A DNA stretch of 64,000 nt from Lingula anatina (Eukaryota > Animalia > Brachiopoda), in assembly GCA_051362555.1 (NCBI GenBank), contig CM120647.1, forward strand, positions 9,610,001 through 9,674,000, given 5' to 3'. Under the pieces are notes generated by a model that worked only from the letters and a program-made list of their open reading frames with translations, had not been told where the DNA came from and made no database searches. Made by a program: the position numbers and the translations under genes. Positions 38,801-51,856 of the stretch are shown here, piece after piece; within the stretch, counting starts at the first letter, position 1, and the number at the start of each line of letters is the position of its first letter.

Positions 38801-40380
38801 ATAACTGAATAGATGGTTGACGTTATTTCCTGGCATTTTGGGGTCGCAGCCCAAATGAGTGTGAGCAGCGTTGATAACGACACACATTTTTGATAATCAA
38901 TGTGAAAATAATTATTTAAGAATTAAATTTTTGTTTCCAAACGGAGTTGATAAATCTACCCGAGAGAGAGAAAGAGAGAGAGGTGAGGCAAAGATACCTT
39001 ATATTTTTCGATGCAAGCAAGAAATGTTTCAAAATCGAATTTCTGCATGCAAACAACTTTTTGTCGGGTTTTCAAACCACCAAAGAGAATAAGTATCAGT
39101 CCAAAGACGTGAAAGAAAGGCACGAATCCTAGAAAACCGTCGACTCCCGGGCGTCCATAGGACAAGAAATCTCTGAAAACGTATAATGTGTCATAAATAT
39201 ATGTGGCGGTAAAGAATATATGTACGTGTGGGATGTACAATTTTTGTAAGTAAAAATACCAAAGACAGCTTGGGATGTACAATTTTGGTAAGTTAAAGTA
39301 CCAAATACAGCATGTATTCCAAAATTACTCTACAATAATAGGAAAGAAAAGAAAAATACAAAAGTCCTCAGAAGCATTTGAAAATTCATGGATGGCTGAA
39401 ATTTTTGAATGCCAGCGAGAGAGCGAGCAAGCACAGAAAGCCAGAATGAGGAAGAGAAAAAATAGACCCTTACAATTGTAACATTGCATTTACCTAGAAT
39501 ACAAACATTGACAATCTAATTGCCTTTTAATTGCCCCTTACTTCATTTGTACAAGATTCCCCACTATGTTACGATGGGTGAGCATGACGCCTTTAGGTAG
39601 GCCTGTCGTGCCACTGGAAAAGAGGATGATAGCGACCTCTTGCGATGAGATATTTACGCCATTGGGAAAGGCATAGCCGTCGTCTCGAAGCAAGTCGTCG
39701 ACTGTCTTACATCCGGGGGCGTTTCCGAATACGTAAACATTCTTGAAAGTAAGTTATGTATTTGTCTTGAAATAGTTATTTACAAACATTAATTGCTTTG
39801 ACTAGAACGCAGATTTAGATTTCCACTGACAATTAGGTCATGCATGTGCTCAATATAGGTAGCGTAACTGGTTGCCAATTAAAGATTTAATAAGACTTCA
39901 AGTATCATTTCCCCTTTACTCCCCATTTCTCTTTTGATATTTATCTTATTTTTATCTTATAATAATCTAGTTTTCGGTAGCCCACTAAACTTTGTAGGAA
40001 AGCCAAAATTTCACAAAAATTATCAAAAATTAAAAATAGAAAACATTTATGTTTGTATGTACCTTAATTCCATTTTCTGAAGCAGCTTGCAGTGCTTTCT
40101 CTGCGGTTTCTGATGCAGCCATTAAATACTGTGGTCTGACAATCTGGAGTTGCTTACTAAGTTCATCTTACCATGAAAAATTAAAAATGACATCCATAAT
40201 TTAGAGATACTTGGGCCGCAAAATTTTTGCGACTAAATGAAAAGAACAGAAAACGTATAAAAAGACCAAAAACGCAAAACCCTCATCCAGGCGTAAATCA
40301 TTTTTTAAAATACAGATATATAAATTTTCACCAGTGTAAATTCACTAATTACACGGAATTAATGGTAATATTTGAACGGC

Positions 40381-40415
<35 letters not shown>

Positions 40416-41641
40416 TTATTATTATTTTTGGCCTAAAGTGGTGTTAAATTGAAAATATTCACATCATTATTCATCATACATATCACATACAGTATATTCA
40501 TCGTCTCACCCGTTGTGTATGTAGGGTTGCTAGTGGTGATGACCCCTCCGACCGAGAGAACCCCCAACACGATAAAACCATACTCGGGGGAGTTCGAACT
40601 GTACATGCACACTACTTCCCCCTTCTTGAAACCCAACCGAGTGAGCGCGCTGCCGATTCTGCGCACTTTGTCCTTGACGTCAGCAAACGTAAACCTCGTA
40701 TCGGTCTTGGCGTCAACCTTCATGTAGAGAATGAGGATATTATAAAGTAAAGTAAAATATGGTGTTTTCCATTTGTAGAGAACAGCGTTTGACTGCAAAG
40801 CGAAGGAGAGGTCAAACCCTCTTCATCATTCCTGCAAAACAAAAAGAAAGAAAGAAAATGGATCCACTTCCTTCATAAATAACATTTTGAGTAGGCGCGG
40901 AATTAAAATAAATGTTATGTTCTGTCGCTACAAATGCGCAGTTTTCCTGATGTGGAGAAGACCTGAAGTATGCTGATATGGAAATAGATTCAACATAAAA
41001 AAATGCACTACTAGGCTCAGCGTATTGATATAAAGGTGGCATTTGTCTCCTCCTTTGCTGGAGACAATGTTTATTGCGATGCGATATGTACATGTTCACG
41101 ACAGAAACATTAAAAACCCTTAACCTCATTTTCCGCTCAGATTCGTCGCCTAAAACTCACAATTCAAGCGATTCGTTCCACTTCATGAACTCGGTACTAG
41201 TAATCGCTTACCAGGGCTTGCATGAGGTGAAATGAATAAAGATGAACATATGCCCCTAGTTTTCGAAACCCCTGGCAATATTAGCAACAGTGCATAAACA
41301 TGCACTTAAACGTGACTACGTCATCTTAACTCCAAACGCATTCACTTTCTCTCGCGTCACACAGGCTTGGGCGTTAGGCAGAATTTCCATTGACGACATA
41401 CTTTTTTTAAGTACTGCTAGTACATGAAGCTAAAGATACACAAATATCTAAGTCATTGCGATAGGTAGGCTACTGTAATGCCGCCTGTAAAGTAATGTTT
41501 GACCTAAATAAGTGAAGTTCTTTGTAATCTGACCTAAAACATGTAAACACAATTGTGTACCTGATATTATTAAATAACACAGCACATTTAGAGCATCTAT
41601 TCCTTCTGCTATTACCCAAATTACCTATCTAATGGATATTT

Positions 41642-41676
<35 letters not shown>

Positions 41677-41779
41677 CCAGGGCCACGCAGTCTGCATACA
41701 GATCTATATTATCCAGTAAATATGTCACCACATCCACCTCGGGTACCGTGATTTCAGGCAGTCTGCTACGGATTCCCAT
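35898..41779 (-). CDS. Luciferase/4-coumarate-CoA ligase-like acyl-CoA synthetase (ANL family), copy 1, intact, 535 aa, C-terminal PTS1 AKL. Exons 41779-41678, 40717-40510, 40166-40063, 39741-39542, 39172-38998, 38785-38614, 37702-37596, 37235-37091, 36674-36592, 36445-36280, 36043-35898
   Basis: [12 protein letters not shown] (AMP-binding), [66 protein letters not shown]; all 10 introns GT-AG with matching phases; total 1608 nt. Confidence 0.92.
37857..38109. mobile_element. Intronic MITE, absent from the paralogous intron of copy 2
   Basis: gaccggggctaattggaacccagggtaagttg ... caacttacccctgggtccaactagctccggtctccccta; same end motif at ~6565-6602 and ~13838-13877. Confidence 0.7.
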
Positions 41780-42038
41780 CGTCTCTTCTCCAGTTCACAA
41801 TACCAACACAGCTTACAAGACGTCTTCACAATGAATCCTTCACAATGACACTTGATAAATTCCGGACTAACATGTATATATGCTCGTCGTCTGTATTCGC
41901 TACCAGTATTAATCAAACGAACCAACTTTATACACGATTCGGTGTCATATTTCTGGTGACCCTATGGCTATTTTTAAAGTAACATTAGCTTAACATCGGA
42001 AAACAAGCATGAACAAGGGCTGACATAATGACGGGTTT

Positions 42039-42950
42039 ACCTCACTGTATGTAGGGTTGCTAGTGGTGATGATTCCTCCGACCGAGAGAACCCCCACCAC
42101 GATTAAAGCATACTCGGGGGAGTTCGAACTGTACATGCACACGATGTCCCCCTTCTTGAACCCCAACGGCGTGAACGCGCTGCCGATTCTCCGCACTTTG
42201 TCCTTGAAGTCAGCAAACGTAAATCTCGTTTCATTCTTGGCGTCAACCTATATGTAGAGTATGAGGGTGTTTAAGGCAAGACAAAATATGACACTATTCA
42301 TTTGCAGAGAAAAGTATTTGACAACAAAGCGAGGGAGGGGATAAACCAAATCGTTTTTCGACATTCGTCATTCTTGAAAAATGAAAAAAGAAAATAAACT
42401 TGGTATCAAGGTCTAATACCCCATTTTAAGTTCAATTTCACTGAAATATTATGAAATTTCCCTTAAAGGTTTGTACTATTCCAATCAACAGAATACCAAT
42501 GTTAATGAGGTCAACATAAAGAAATGCACTACTGGTAATATGCAACCACCCCACCATTTTGATATAAAGGTAGATTCATATCAAATCACTGTATAGATCT
42601 TTAAGAAGTAAATAAGTTATAATACTTAGACTACTAATATTTTAAATCCCTGAAGAAGGCCTAGGGGCCGAATGCTCGGATTACAAATTACATCTTCATA
42701 GTAGATCTTCATAGTTGCATCAGTGTTATAACTTATTTACTAATTTAAAGATAGCATTTAATACCCATTTGCTGGAGAGAATATTAATTGCAGTTGTACA
42801 TGTTAACAACAGAAACATAAAAAAAACCTTAACCTCACACTTTGCTCAGATGTGTGGTCTGCATACAGATATAAATATCCAGTATAGTAAATATGTGGCC
42901 ACATCCACCTCGGGTGCCGTGATTTCAGGCAGCCTGCTACGAATTCCCAT
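42039..42950 (-). pseudogene. Two-exon 5' relic of the acyl-CoA synthetase gene
   Basis: Exon 1 (ATG at 42950, [17 protein letters not shown]) frameshifts and loses its donor; exon 2 (42247-42040) recognisable; no exons 3-11. Confidence 0.88.
42573..42750 (+). mobile_element. Penelope-like element fragment with a degenerate type I hammerhead motif (42645-42682)
   Basis: AATCC-CTGAAGA-A-GGCC-tagg-GGCC-GAAT-GC-TC-GGATT; 20-bp inverted repeat 42607-42626 / 42722-42741; insertion absent from the matching intron of copy 1; taaag.tag at both ends. Confidence 0.6.
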
Positions 42951-43984
42951 CGTCTCTTCAGTTCACAATACAAACACAGCTTATAAGACGTCCTCACAAC
43001 AGTATACCAGTGCGTGTGTCGTCTGTAATCGCGACTTCTATTCTTCAAACGAACCAACTTTATACAACTTACATGATTTGGTAATTTGGTAATAAATCAA
43101 ATTTTTTTGACGGCCCAATTGCTATTTTTAAAGTACCACTATTTTAATACGTGGGTAGGTAAATAAAAAATCTTTGAAAAGGTGTATTTCTAAAAGGAAA
43201 TTTGATGCTGAACACAGATCTGACAACCATTTATTTTTGCAATTATCAGGTCGGTAAATTTGACAATTTTCAAAATGGCAGACAAAAGGCTCTACCAAGA
43301 GTTCCATCAACAACATTTAAAGGCACTACAGTGTGCCGTATGTCTTTTCTTATTTTTTAGGGGCTGTAGCATCCATTTCTGATGTAACTACTGCGATTGG
43401 TTCATTTCAGAGTGAGTTCAGTTACTGGTAATTATATGTATACATGTACATATAACATGTGCAACAAGAGTTCAGCTAGTTTGAAAGTACTTCACAACTG
43501 AATCGATATTATGAGCCTTTTTCCCCAAAGCGGTGTTCAACAGGTATATATCTCCACGCCCAGCTGTTGGATTAATCTGCCTGTTGCTAATATTGTCCAC
43601 TCTTTGTACTGTATAAGGGGAATGTGCGTTAGGTTTATGTGCGTTCAGTTTGATAGGGGAGTTGAGTGATCCGCTCCACATATAAAAGAACAGACCATGG
43701 GTGTTTCTGCTTGATAGGGAAAATTTTAATTTTCCTAGAGTTGTCAACATTTACTCCTAGTCGACAAGGCGTGCCACGCACAGTGCAGAACCACAAAATA
43801 ATTGCGATCCACTCGTGACTCGGTTCTAGGTTTCTTGTTTTTAAGTCACTCGTTACAGAAAAGGAGAAAGTGGCGGTGCCGAGAGCAGTCCATGGTCATA
43901 TGTCCATGCTTTATTAATAATCGTTTTATGTGTCACCTCTAAAGATTGTGACAATTAAAAAAAACAAAGTTTACAATATCATAG

Positions 43985-46900
43985 CTAGGGTTTTTTCAGC
44001 TGCAGTGCCCTCTTTCGCAATTCTTCGCGTAGAACTCTACGCAGGATTTTCCCGCTTGCAGTCTTTGGAATATCCTGGACAACCTCAACTCCGCCTCGAA
44101 GGCGCTTAATCGGGGCAACTTTGGCTGAAATATATATTATAGTTTACAAATGCCATATAAGACACCATATATAATACCCAACATAGACGGCTCAACACAT
44201 AAATGAAAAAAAAACTATAAATGTTTTTACAAAAGCCAAAGTAGTTCCACTTTTATATAGATAACCACTTTATAGATTATACATAACAAAATTACAAAAA
44301 AAAAAATAATAATAATAACTTTCGTAACAAAAGTAAGTAAGGAGAAGAAGAAAAATGTTTATCAAAGTTACCTGCTAAAAAATTAGCAATCTCCGTTTCA
44401 GTGGCTGTCTGTCCCGGTTTGAGGACTATGAACGCCATGGGCAGCTCTCCGGCGTCTTCGTCAGGACGTCCAACTACTGCAGCGTCCGCGACGGCATGGT
44501 GCGTTAACAACAAGTCCTCTAGCTCTGCTGGTGCCACCTAGCGGGTATAAAAGATATAGTCACAATTTTAGTAGGTTAAATATGAGCTTGGTAATTAGAA
44601 ATGCTTTCGATCTCGATCTCGGTCTCAGTATTCTCCTTTTTAACTTAACAATTTCTAATGAATAACCCTTTATAAGGTGCAGAATTACCTGGAACCCTTT
44701 GTATTTGATGAATTCTTTGATTCTGTCGATAACGTAAATGTTCTGGTCTTCGTCATAGTGGCCAATGTCACCTTAAATATTATTATTATTACAGAACCAT
44801 AACATGTATAATAACAAGAGGAAGAAAATCGGATCTAATACATTTATTATTAAAACGATATAAATACTGATTGTTTGCTGAAAATTAATGTCCATTTAAT
44901 GAAAAACAAAACGGAACTTTTCTAGAGTTTTTGTCTGATGTATTTTTCTAAATAGCTCTGTTGTGAGATAACACATCGTTAAATTTATATACACATGAAA
45001 AAATGCAGTTCGACTACCCCAACGAGGCAACGAAAGCGGTTGCTGCAAATACCGGCGCAGACGGCAAGTCAAGTGCTGAGCTACCTCCCTCAACTCATGC
45101 ACTCAGATTTCCAAATGAATGTGACACGCGTTCTTACCCGACTTCTCAGGGAGTAAATACCAGTATATTAGGCCTTAGTGCATCGGGCAGATATAACACC
45201 CTCCCCACGACCCTACAGAAAGTTGTTGAGATAACTTACCCACCCCTCCTCATCAATGGCGGCATCCGTGGCTTCGGGATTGTTCAGGTAGCCTCTGAAG
45301 ATTTGACATCCGCGGAAGCAAAGTTCACCATCTTCGTTTGGGCCGAGTTCCCTTCCGGATTGCGGGTCTAAAACCTGAGGGAAAAAATCACTTGTCAAAC
45401 GAAAATGTAATTATTAACCTTTTTTGCTATGATTTATTTCACAAAAAGATCAATTAAAAAAGCAACATTTCTGGTCGGTTATCTTTCCATACGTGGACTA
45501 CGTCACTGATATCAAAGCAAGAGCGGCGAAATGCAATCCATTAATTATCTGCACAAACTTTTCTCCAATAAACATGTATTTTGTTCACAGAGGGAGGGTA
45601 AGAGTAGTTAAAAGTTTTTTTGTTCCGTATTCCGTGTTCCTCCTCAGTAAACCACCTTACTAGTAACTTCTTTTTTATGTCAAGCTACGTGCGTGTGTGT
45701 GTGTAAGAGAGAGAGAGAGAGAGAGAGAAGAGAGAGAGAGAACTTTCTCTAGCAAGGACGCAATGACAGTGGACGCAAACATTCACCTTACACTCCGTGC
45801 TTGCAACCAAAACGCCGACAGAACCGGACCGAAACGTTCGCACGTCTGGCGGAGGCAAGGAACAGGACGGGCTGGCTTCTGTCGCACCGTATCCTAAATT
45901 TATAGATAAGTACATACCTAGTGCTTGTGCTTGTTTGCTATACTCTGGTGTACACATGGTATTATGTTACTGAAGACACTCCGGATCCGTGAGTTAGAGT
46001 AAAATTCCAGTAAAATTCCATGCACGCCAGTACTATTTATACGTGCACCTCTAATTTCATGTGGCAAAAAATAGAAAAGCACTCAATAACCACATGCTTC
46101 AAGCAATGCAGTGCAATTTTCACTATAAGTTGACGAGTGGCAAAATTAATCAAGTCAGCCTAAAACTTTATAAAATTTGTCAATAGCTTCTTAAGTTACA
46201 CAGTTCACATGGAAAGACAAAAAATAAGCTGTTGGCGGTGGAAAATAAAATGGGACACTTAAGCTATTACAAGTTTGTATGATACCGTACAGAATGGCAT
46301 CAAATCGATGAAATAACGGTGCGTTTCAATAGTGAACTGCACAACAACATGTGAGAGTTAAAAACCGGAATATTTAATAGTTTTGAATAATAAAGTAGTA
46401 TATAAAAAACAATACCTTGTACAACTTTACATGTCTTCAGACGCGATTCCAGTTTCTGTTCAATATCTTTGCCCAATGGCGCAGCCCCGGACATAATTAC
46501 TTCGACACAGGAGAGGTCGTATTTGTCAACCAATGGGTGTTTGGCTAGCATCACGGCTATGGGAGGAACCACTAACAGGTAGCGGGTCTAGGAAGACAGA
46601 GTATAAGTGAATAGGTTCAGTACGTCTTTTCACTTTACTGAACTCGAAATGGTTGACGTCATTTCCTGGCATTTTGGAATCGCAGCCCAAATGAGTGCGA
46701 GCAGCGTTGGTGACGACATACAATTTTGATGATCAATATGAAAATAATTATTTAAGAATAAAAAATTTCTAATTGGAAACCGAGTTGATAAATCTACCAG
46801 ACAGAATGAGAGAGAGAGAGAGAGAGAGAGAGGTGAGGCAAACTTACACTGTATTTTTCGATGCAAGCAAGAAATGTTTCAAAATCGAATTTCTGCATGC

Positions 46901-48158
46901 AAACAACTTTTTGTCGGCTTTTAAAACCACCAAAGAGAATAAGTAACATCCCAAAGACGTGAAAGAAAGGTAAGAATCCTAGAAAACCGTCGACTCCAGG
47001 GCGCCCATAGGACAAGAAATATCTGAAAACGTATAATGTTACATAAATATATGTAGCGGTAACAAATACCTTTGGGATATACAATTTTTGTAAGTATCAA
47101 AGACAGCGGGTACTCGCAAATTTCTTTACAATATAGAAAGAAAAGAAAAATACAATAATCCTAAGAAGCATTTGAAAATTCATGGACGGCTGAAAAAAAT
47201 AGAATGCCAGCGAGAGAGCAGGCAAGCAAAGAAAGCTAGAAAGTGGATGAGAGAGACATACACCCTGACAATTGTAACATAACATTAAACTAGAAAACAA
47301 TTATTGATAATATAATCACTTTTAATTGCCCCTTACTTCATTTGTACAAGATTCCCCACTATGTTACGATGGGTGAGCATGACGCCTTTGGGTAGGCCTG
47401 TCGTGCCACTGGAAAAGGGTATAATAGCGACCTCATGCGGCGAGATCTTTACGTCACTGGGGAAGGCATGGCCGTCGTCTCGAAGCAAGTTATCAACTGA
47501 CGTACATCCGGGGGCGTGTCCGAATACGTAAACATTCTTAAAGAAAATAATATAATTGTCTAGAAAAAATTAGTTACAAACGCAAATTGCTTTGAATAGA
47601 ACGCAAATTTAGATCTCTGCTGACAATTTGGTCTTGTATGTACCCAATACTGATTACCAATTTAAGTTAAAAGACTTTAAGCGTCCTTTTAAGTTAACTA
47701 CCCTTTTCTCTTTAGACGATTATTTTTTTACCTTATATTAATCTAAATTTCAATTAAACATCGCCCTTGACCTTTATAGAAAAGTCAAAACTTCACAAAA
47801 AAATTGACACTTAGCAGAGAACTTTACGTACCTTAATTTCATTTTCTGAGGCAGCTTGCAGGGCTTTCTCTGCGGTTTCTGGTGCAGCCATTAAATACTG
47901 TGGTCTGACAATCTGGAGTTGCTTACTTAGTTCATCTTACCATGAAAAATTAAAAATGACATCCATAATTTAGAGATACTTGGGCCGCCAAATTTTTGCG
48001 ACTTAATGAAAAGAACAGAAAATCTGAAAAAAAAAATCCAAGACCAAAATCGCAACAACCTCTAGTCGTAGGCCTACGTTTTTAACACAGATGTAAAAAA
48101 TTTAATCATTTTAAATTCCCCAATCACACGGAATTAATGGTAGGACCTAATAGTTGAA

Positions 48159-48223
<65 letters not shown>

Positions 48224-49010
48224 ATAACAAAAAGTGGCGTTTATTGTTAAATATGCACACCCTATACTCACCCTTGGTATATGTAGGGTTGCTAGTGGTG
48301 ATGACCCCTCCGACTGAGAGAACCCCCATCACGATTAAAGCGTACTCGGGGGAGTTCGAACTGTACATGCACACTACTTCCCCCATTTTGAACCCCAACC
48401 GCGTGAGCGCGCTGCCGATTCTGCGCACATTGTCCTTGACGTCAGCAAACGTGAATCTCGTATCCTTCTTGGCGTCAACCTTCATGCAGAAAATGAGGGT
48501 GTTATGAGGCAAAATGCGATGCGATGCGATGTGTACGTGTTCACGACAGGAACATTAAAAACCCTTAACCTCACATTCTGCTAAGATTTGTCATTTGGCA
48601 GAATTTCCACTGACGACATACTTTTTTTAAGTACTACTAGTACATGTAGCTAAAGATACATAAAAATCTAAGCCATTGCGACAGGTAGGCCTACTGTAAC
48701 AATATATGACCTAAATTAGTGAAGTTTTTTTATAATCTGACTAAAACCATGTAAACAAAATTGTGCTCTTCATATTATTAAATAATGCAGCACATTTAGA
48801 GTAGCTGTTCCTTCTGCTATTACCTAAATTCCCAAGCTAATGGATAATTTGTGTGAGAGAGAAGTGCGGGGCGACAGAGAGAGAGGGAGAGAGAGAGAGA
48901 GAGATTACCAAGGCCACGCAGTCTGCATACAGATCTATATTATCCAGTAAATATGTCGCCACATCCACCTCGGGTACCGTGATTTCAGGCAGCCTGCTAC
49001 GAATTCCCAT
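43985..49010 (-). pseudogene. Luciferase/4CL-like acyl-CoA synthetase copy 2, full 11-exon structure, probably disabled
   Basis: All exons recognisable, ATG at 49010; exon 8 (45374-45240) is 135 nt versus 145 nt in copy 1, shifting phase; last exon ends KKP-TAG-CTA-TGA instead of KKAKL-TGA. Confidence 0.8.
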
Positions 49011-49715
49011 CGTCTCTTCAGTTCACAATAATAATAAAAAAAAAAAAAAAAACAACAGCTTACAAGACGTTTCCACAATAAATCCTTCACAATGACACTT
49101 GATCAGCAGCCGGACTCACATGTGAATATGTTCGTCGTCTGTATTCGTGACTTCTATTCTTCAAACCACCCAGCTTTATACACGATTCGGTGTCATATTC
49201 TTGGTGACCCTATTCCTATTTTTAAAGAAACATTAACTTAATACTGGAAAACAACCATGAACAAGGGCTGACATAACCTAGTGACAGATTTACCCCACTG
49301 CTTTATTTTGTTCTTTTTGATGTAATGAAAAATGTCTTGGGTCCAACAGAAAAAAAAACATCAGCTTTGTTTTTTAACGTAAGTTACAATATATCATTTT
49401 TTCTTTATAAACAGCTTTATTTAGCTTAACTCAGTGAAATAACATGCGCCACTCCATTATGTCAATGTCCTTACATCACCTGTAGGTGACGAAGCTCTGA
49501 TGACTCTTGCTCTCGGCTGACTTCTTGGCCTCGCATCACCCCATACTAAGTCGCTTACGGGTCATTCCGCAAAACATCAAACAAACAAACAAACAAAAAA
49601 TATTGTGAGCATTCGAGTCATGTCAGTGACACGCACATTTGTGCAATATTTGCACAAACCATGCTTGACCTTTCGTTTGCTCTATTTCATACTACATTAC
49701 CCTCTTATTAGGAAG

Positions 49716-50017
49716 CAGTGACGGATTTAGAGGGGGGGCAGGGGGTCCTGACCCCCCCCCCCCCCCACCCCCGTTCGGTTTCTGAAAATATATTACATCA
49801 ATATTCCCCTCTTGAAATTAGAATTTTGACTAGCTAAATCATAGTTCTAAACCGTACCAAAGGGCACTGTTTGCTCTCAAAAACACCACAAATTTTTCGG
49901 GGCCCTTGAGCAAACCCCGAACCCCACACCAAAGGGGCGATGGTAGGCTTCGCATCCGAGGCCTGTGGTTTCGGACCCCCCCTCACCCCCCTTCAAATAA
50001 TCTAGGGTCCGCCCCTG
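49716..50017. mobile_element. MITE with CAG..GCGG-type imperfect TIRs (hAT-like)
   Basis: cagtgacggatttagaggggg ... tctagggtccgcccctg; internal cccctcttgaaattagaattttgactagct also at ~19607; no clean TSD. Confidence 0.6.
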
Positions 50018-51856
50018 CCTAATCCTCTTTCGAGGTGGATACTTATTGTGCCTTCAAATAAACCAGACTATCATTCAAATGAAAATGATTTCAACAGCGC
50101 CCCCTCAATCAAAATGTGTCGAACCCGCCGTAATTTGCATAACAGAAAGTCGCTCAGCGCAGTGCGCACTACTCGTATCTTCTTGACTGGTCACTTGACA
50201 GCTGCACACTGTAAGGGCAGGACGCTGATATGTGTGATGAAGTCGCAGAGGCCGGAATTTACATTCAGCTTCGAAAATTGTAACAAATTTGTCATGTGAG
50301 TAAAAGCTTTTCATGTTTTTACGAGTTCAAACTACTACATAAATAATTTCTTATTATTTTACTCGTTTTAAACTTTAAGTTGGCATGAGTAGTTGGCTGT
50401 ATTTGAGAAGAGTTGCATAGTGATATTTTTAAAAATCTTGAAAAGCACGTGCTGCCAGTAAAGAAGAAAGTTATATTAGATAGTTTGATTTTTGGTGCCC
50501 AGATGCTGTCACTTCAATGTCACTCACTGTACGTGATCAGGCCACCCGAACACATTTCGTATTTTAGCTTCGTTCATAGTATATGTACTTGATATATTAG
50601 TGTGGACCTTCTCAGATGTCTACATAACAAACTGATCAATCGTTTAGTTTTAAAAAAGATGTCAATTGGAACATTAACGAGAGAAAGCTGTGTAAGTTTT
50701 TCACGATGACTTGATTGTGTATGTTAGCCGTCTAAATCTTGCATACAAACCCCGTTTAGTCGACTTTTCAGATTTGGTGTTTTTTTCGGCATGAGCAAAG
50801 GTCTTTCCTTTATAGTTAATCTAATCTTTAAACGGATTCTCTGCTTTCGAATAATGAAATATCGCCTTTTACATGTTATTTTGATATTTCAGAACTGCAA
50901 ACACCTTTGCCGAGATCCTTCAGAGTGCACGTGCGCCTGACTAAAGCTTTTATGGTCTCCGAGACGTCTTTTAAAACGTGCCGCAGATCCCGATCCATTC
51001 GCACCCGCAGATGCTATATGTTATTTTTATATTATACCGTAGGGACTGATCATGATATTTTTTTAAATTATAACTTAGAGCATGCTATGTACATCATTTT
51101 ATTTGGTACCAATCCAGCGTCTTTTAAAATTCATCTCATTATACAGTAGTGCAATTATAAAAGTGTTTAAAAATGTCAAATTGCAAATAATAAATTTCAA
51201 AGTTGAGAGTAAAAATGCAATTTTCACGATGTTGAATCTCGGGTAAGATTGTTCATTTAGCTAATTTACTACCTTATCTACCTAATTTGCATTGTGTAAG
51301 TCAATTGTGTAAGTCAATTGTTAATATTTACAATTGTGAATGACAAGCAATTTATGAAAATAAATGCGCTTTTTTGGGGGTTGTTTTTTATTCGATCTGA
51401 AATACACAAAACTAAAGTAAGAACCTATACTATACTCTATTTAGAATGCATTTTTTCATCTTCAGATTAAATCTAAAAAATGATTTTAAATTTTTTAAAT
51501 GAAAAATTTGAAATTAACACAAAACAGTTTCATTATAATGGCACTAATTATTGAAATGAGTAAATTCTGTAGGTGCCAATTTTCAAATTTATCATTTCTG
51601 ATATCGCCTGTCGGCCTATTCTTTGTCTATTCTTTGTCTAATGTCTATTTCCTCGTTATCTTTTATTATTTGAGCACATGACCCCTCCAGTTAATATTTA
51701 ATTGTTTCTTGGTGGTTTTCTGTTATTATAGATGTCATATAATAAATAATATATTGAAAATTTAGTATTTGCTTGTAGATTGAAATGAATAATACTCGTA
51801 TGATTGCACTGATACGAGAGAAAAAAAGTCTCGTCTTTGGGGGAGTCTATCAAATT

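Noticed and set aside
50048-51690. Possible large DNA-transposon relic
   Set aside because: Repeat-like texture only; no terminal inverted repeats, TSD or coding remnant could be identified
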